Source: Octopus sinensis (lineage: Eukaryota). Taken from it: 64,000 nucleotides of DNA. The notes below the pieces were generated by a model, which made no database searches, had not been told where the DNA came from, and was given only the letters and a program-made list of their open reading frames with translations. Location of the stretch: the NCBI RefSeq assembly GCF_006345805.1, contig NC_042999.1:13144001-13208000 (forward strand), read 5' to 3'. The first letter of the stretch is position 1. The number at the start of each line of letters is the position of its first letter. The translations under genes were made by a program, and so were the position numbers. Below are positions 63,771-64,000 of the stretch, piece after piece.

Positions 63771-64000
63771 GTATTTGAAACCAGATGCTTGGTAGATGCC
63801 AAAATAATGTTAAAGGATGGTGAAAAAGAGAACATTTTTGCCAGACTGATAAGAAATGTCTAGTTCCTCCATCCTGGGTTATAATTTAAGGTTTCTGCCA
63901 ATGGTTATTGGAGCATATGGCTACGTGACTACGAGCACATGGCTAACTGACTCGGAGCACTCGGCCACGTAGCCTCATTTATCAGTGTTGAGAAGCCGTG

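Noticed and set aside
62627-63863. Long ORFs (383, 360, 279 aa) of HTYI/MYVC repeats
   Set aside because: They are translations of the (TACA)n microsatellite; the same applies to all YIYI/CVCV/HTHT ORFs in the track.

Overview
AT-rich, microsatellite-dense eukaryotic DNA. The repeat families (tRNA-headed SINEs, RTE-clade LINE 3' ends with (GAT)n tails, (TA)n/(TACA)n tracts) look like a coleoid cephalopod, most likely Octopus; this is pattern recognition, not a database result. I find no intact protein-coding gene. Nearly all supplied ORFs are microsatellite or SINE read-throughs. The only convincing protein homologies are a decayed RTE ORF2 C-terminus (54104-54386, -) and decayed mariner transposase N-termini (56190-57078). 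One strong splice acceptor (35809) hints at a host transcript. The most notable unannotated signals are: (1) six hammerhead-ribozyme-like motifs, mostly Penelope/retrozyme-type, in different sequence contexts; (2) a SINE forming Head-(184 bp)n arrays, each bracketed by a single target-site duplication (TSD); (3) a mariner foldback built from two 5' ends; (4) paired LINE insertions into one (TA)n tract; (5) many local foldbacks that would be dsRNA if transcribed. The labels SINE-A, -B and -C are my own. Repeat boundaries are read by eye and are approximate unless a TSD or terminal inverted repeat (TIR) is quoted.
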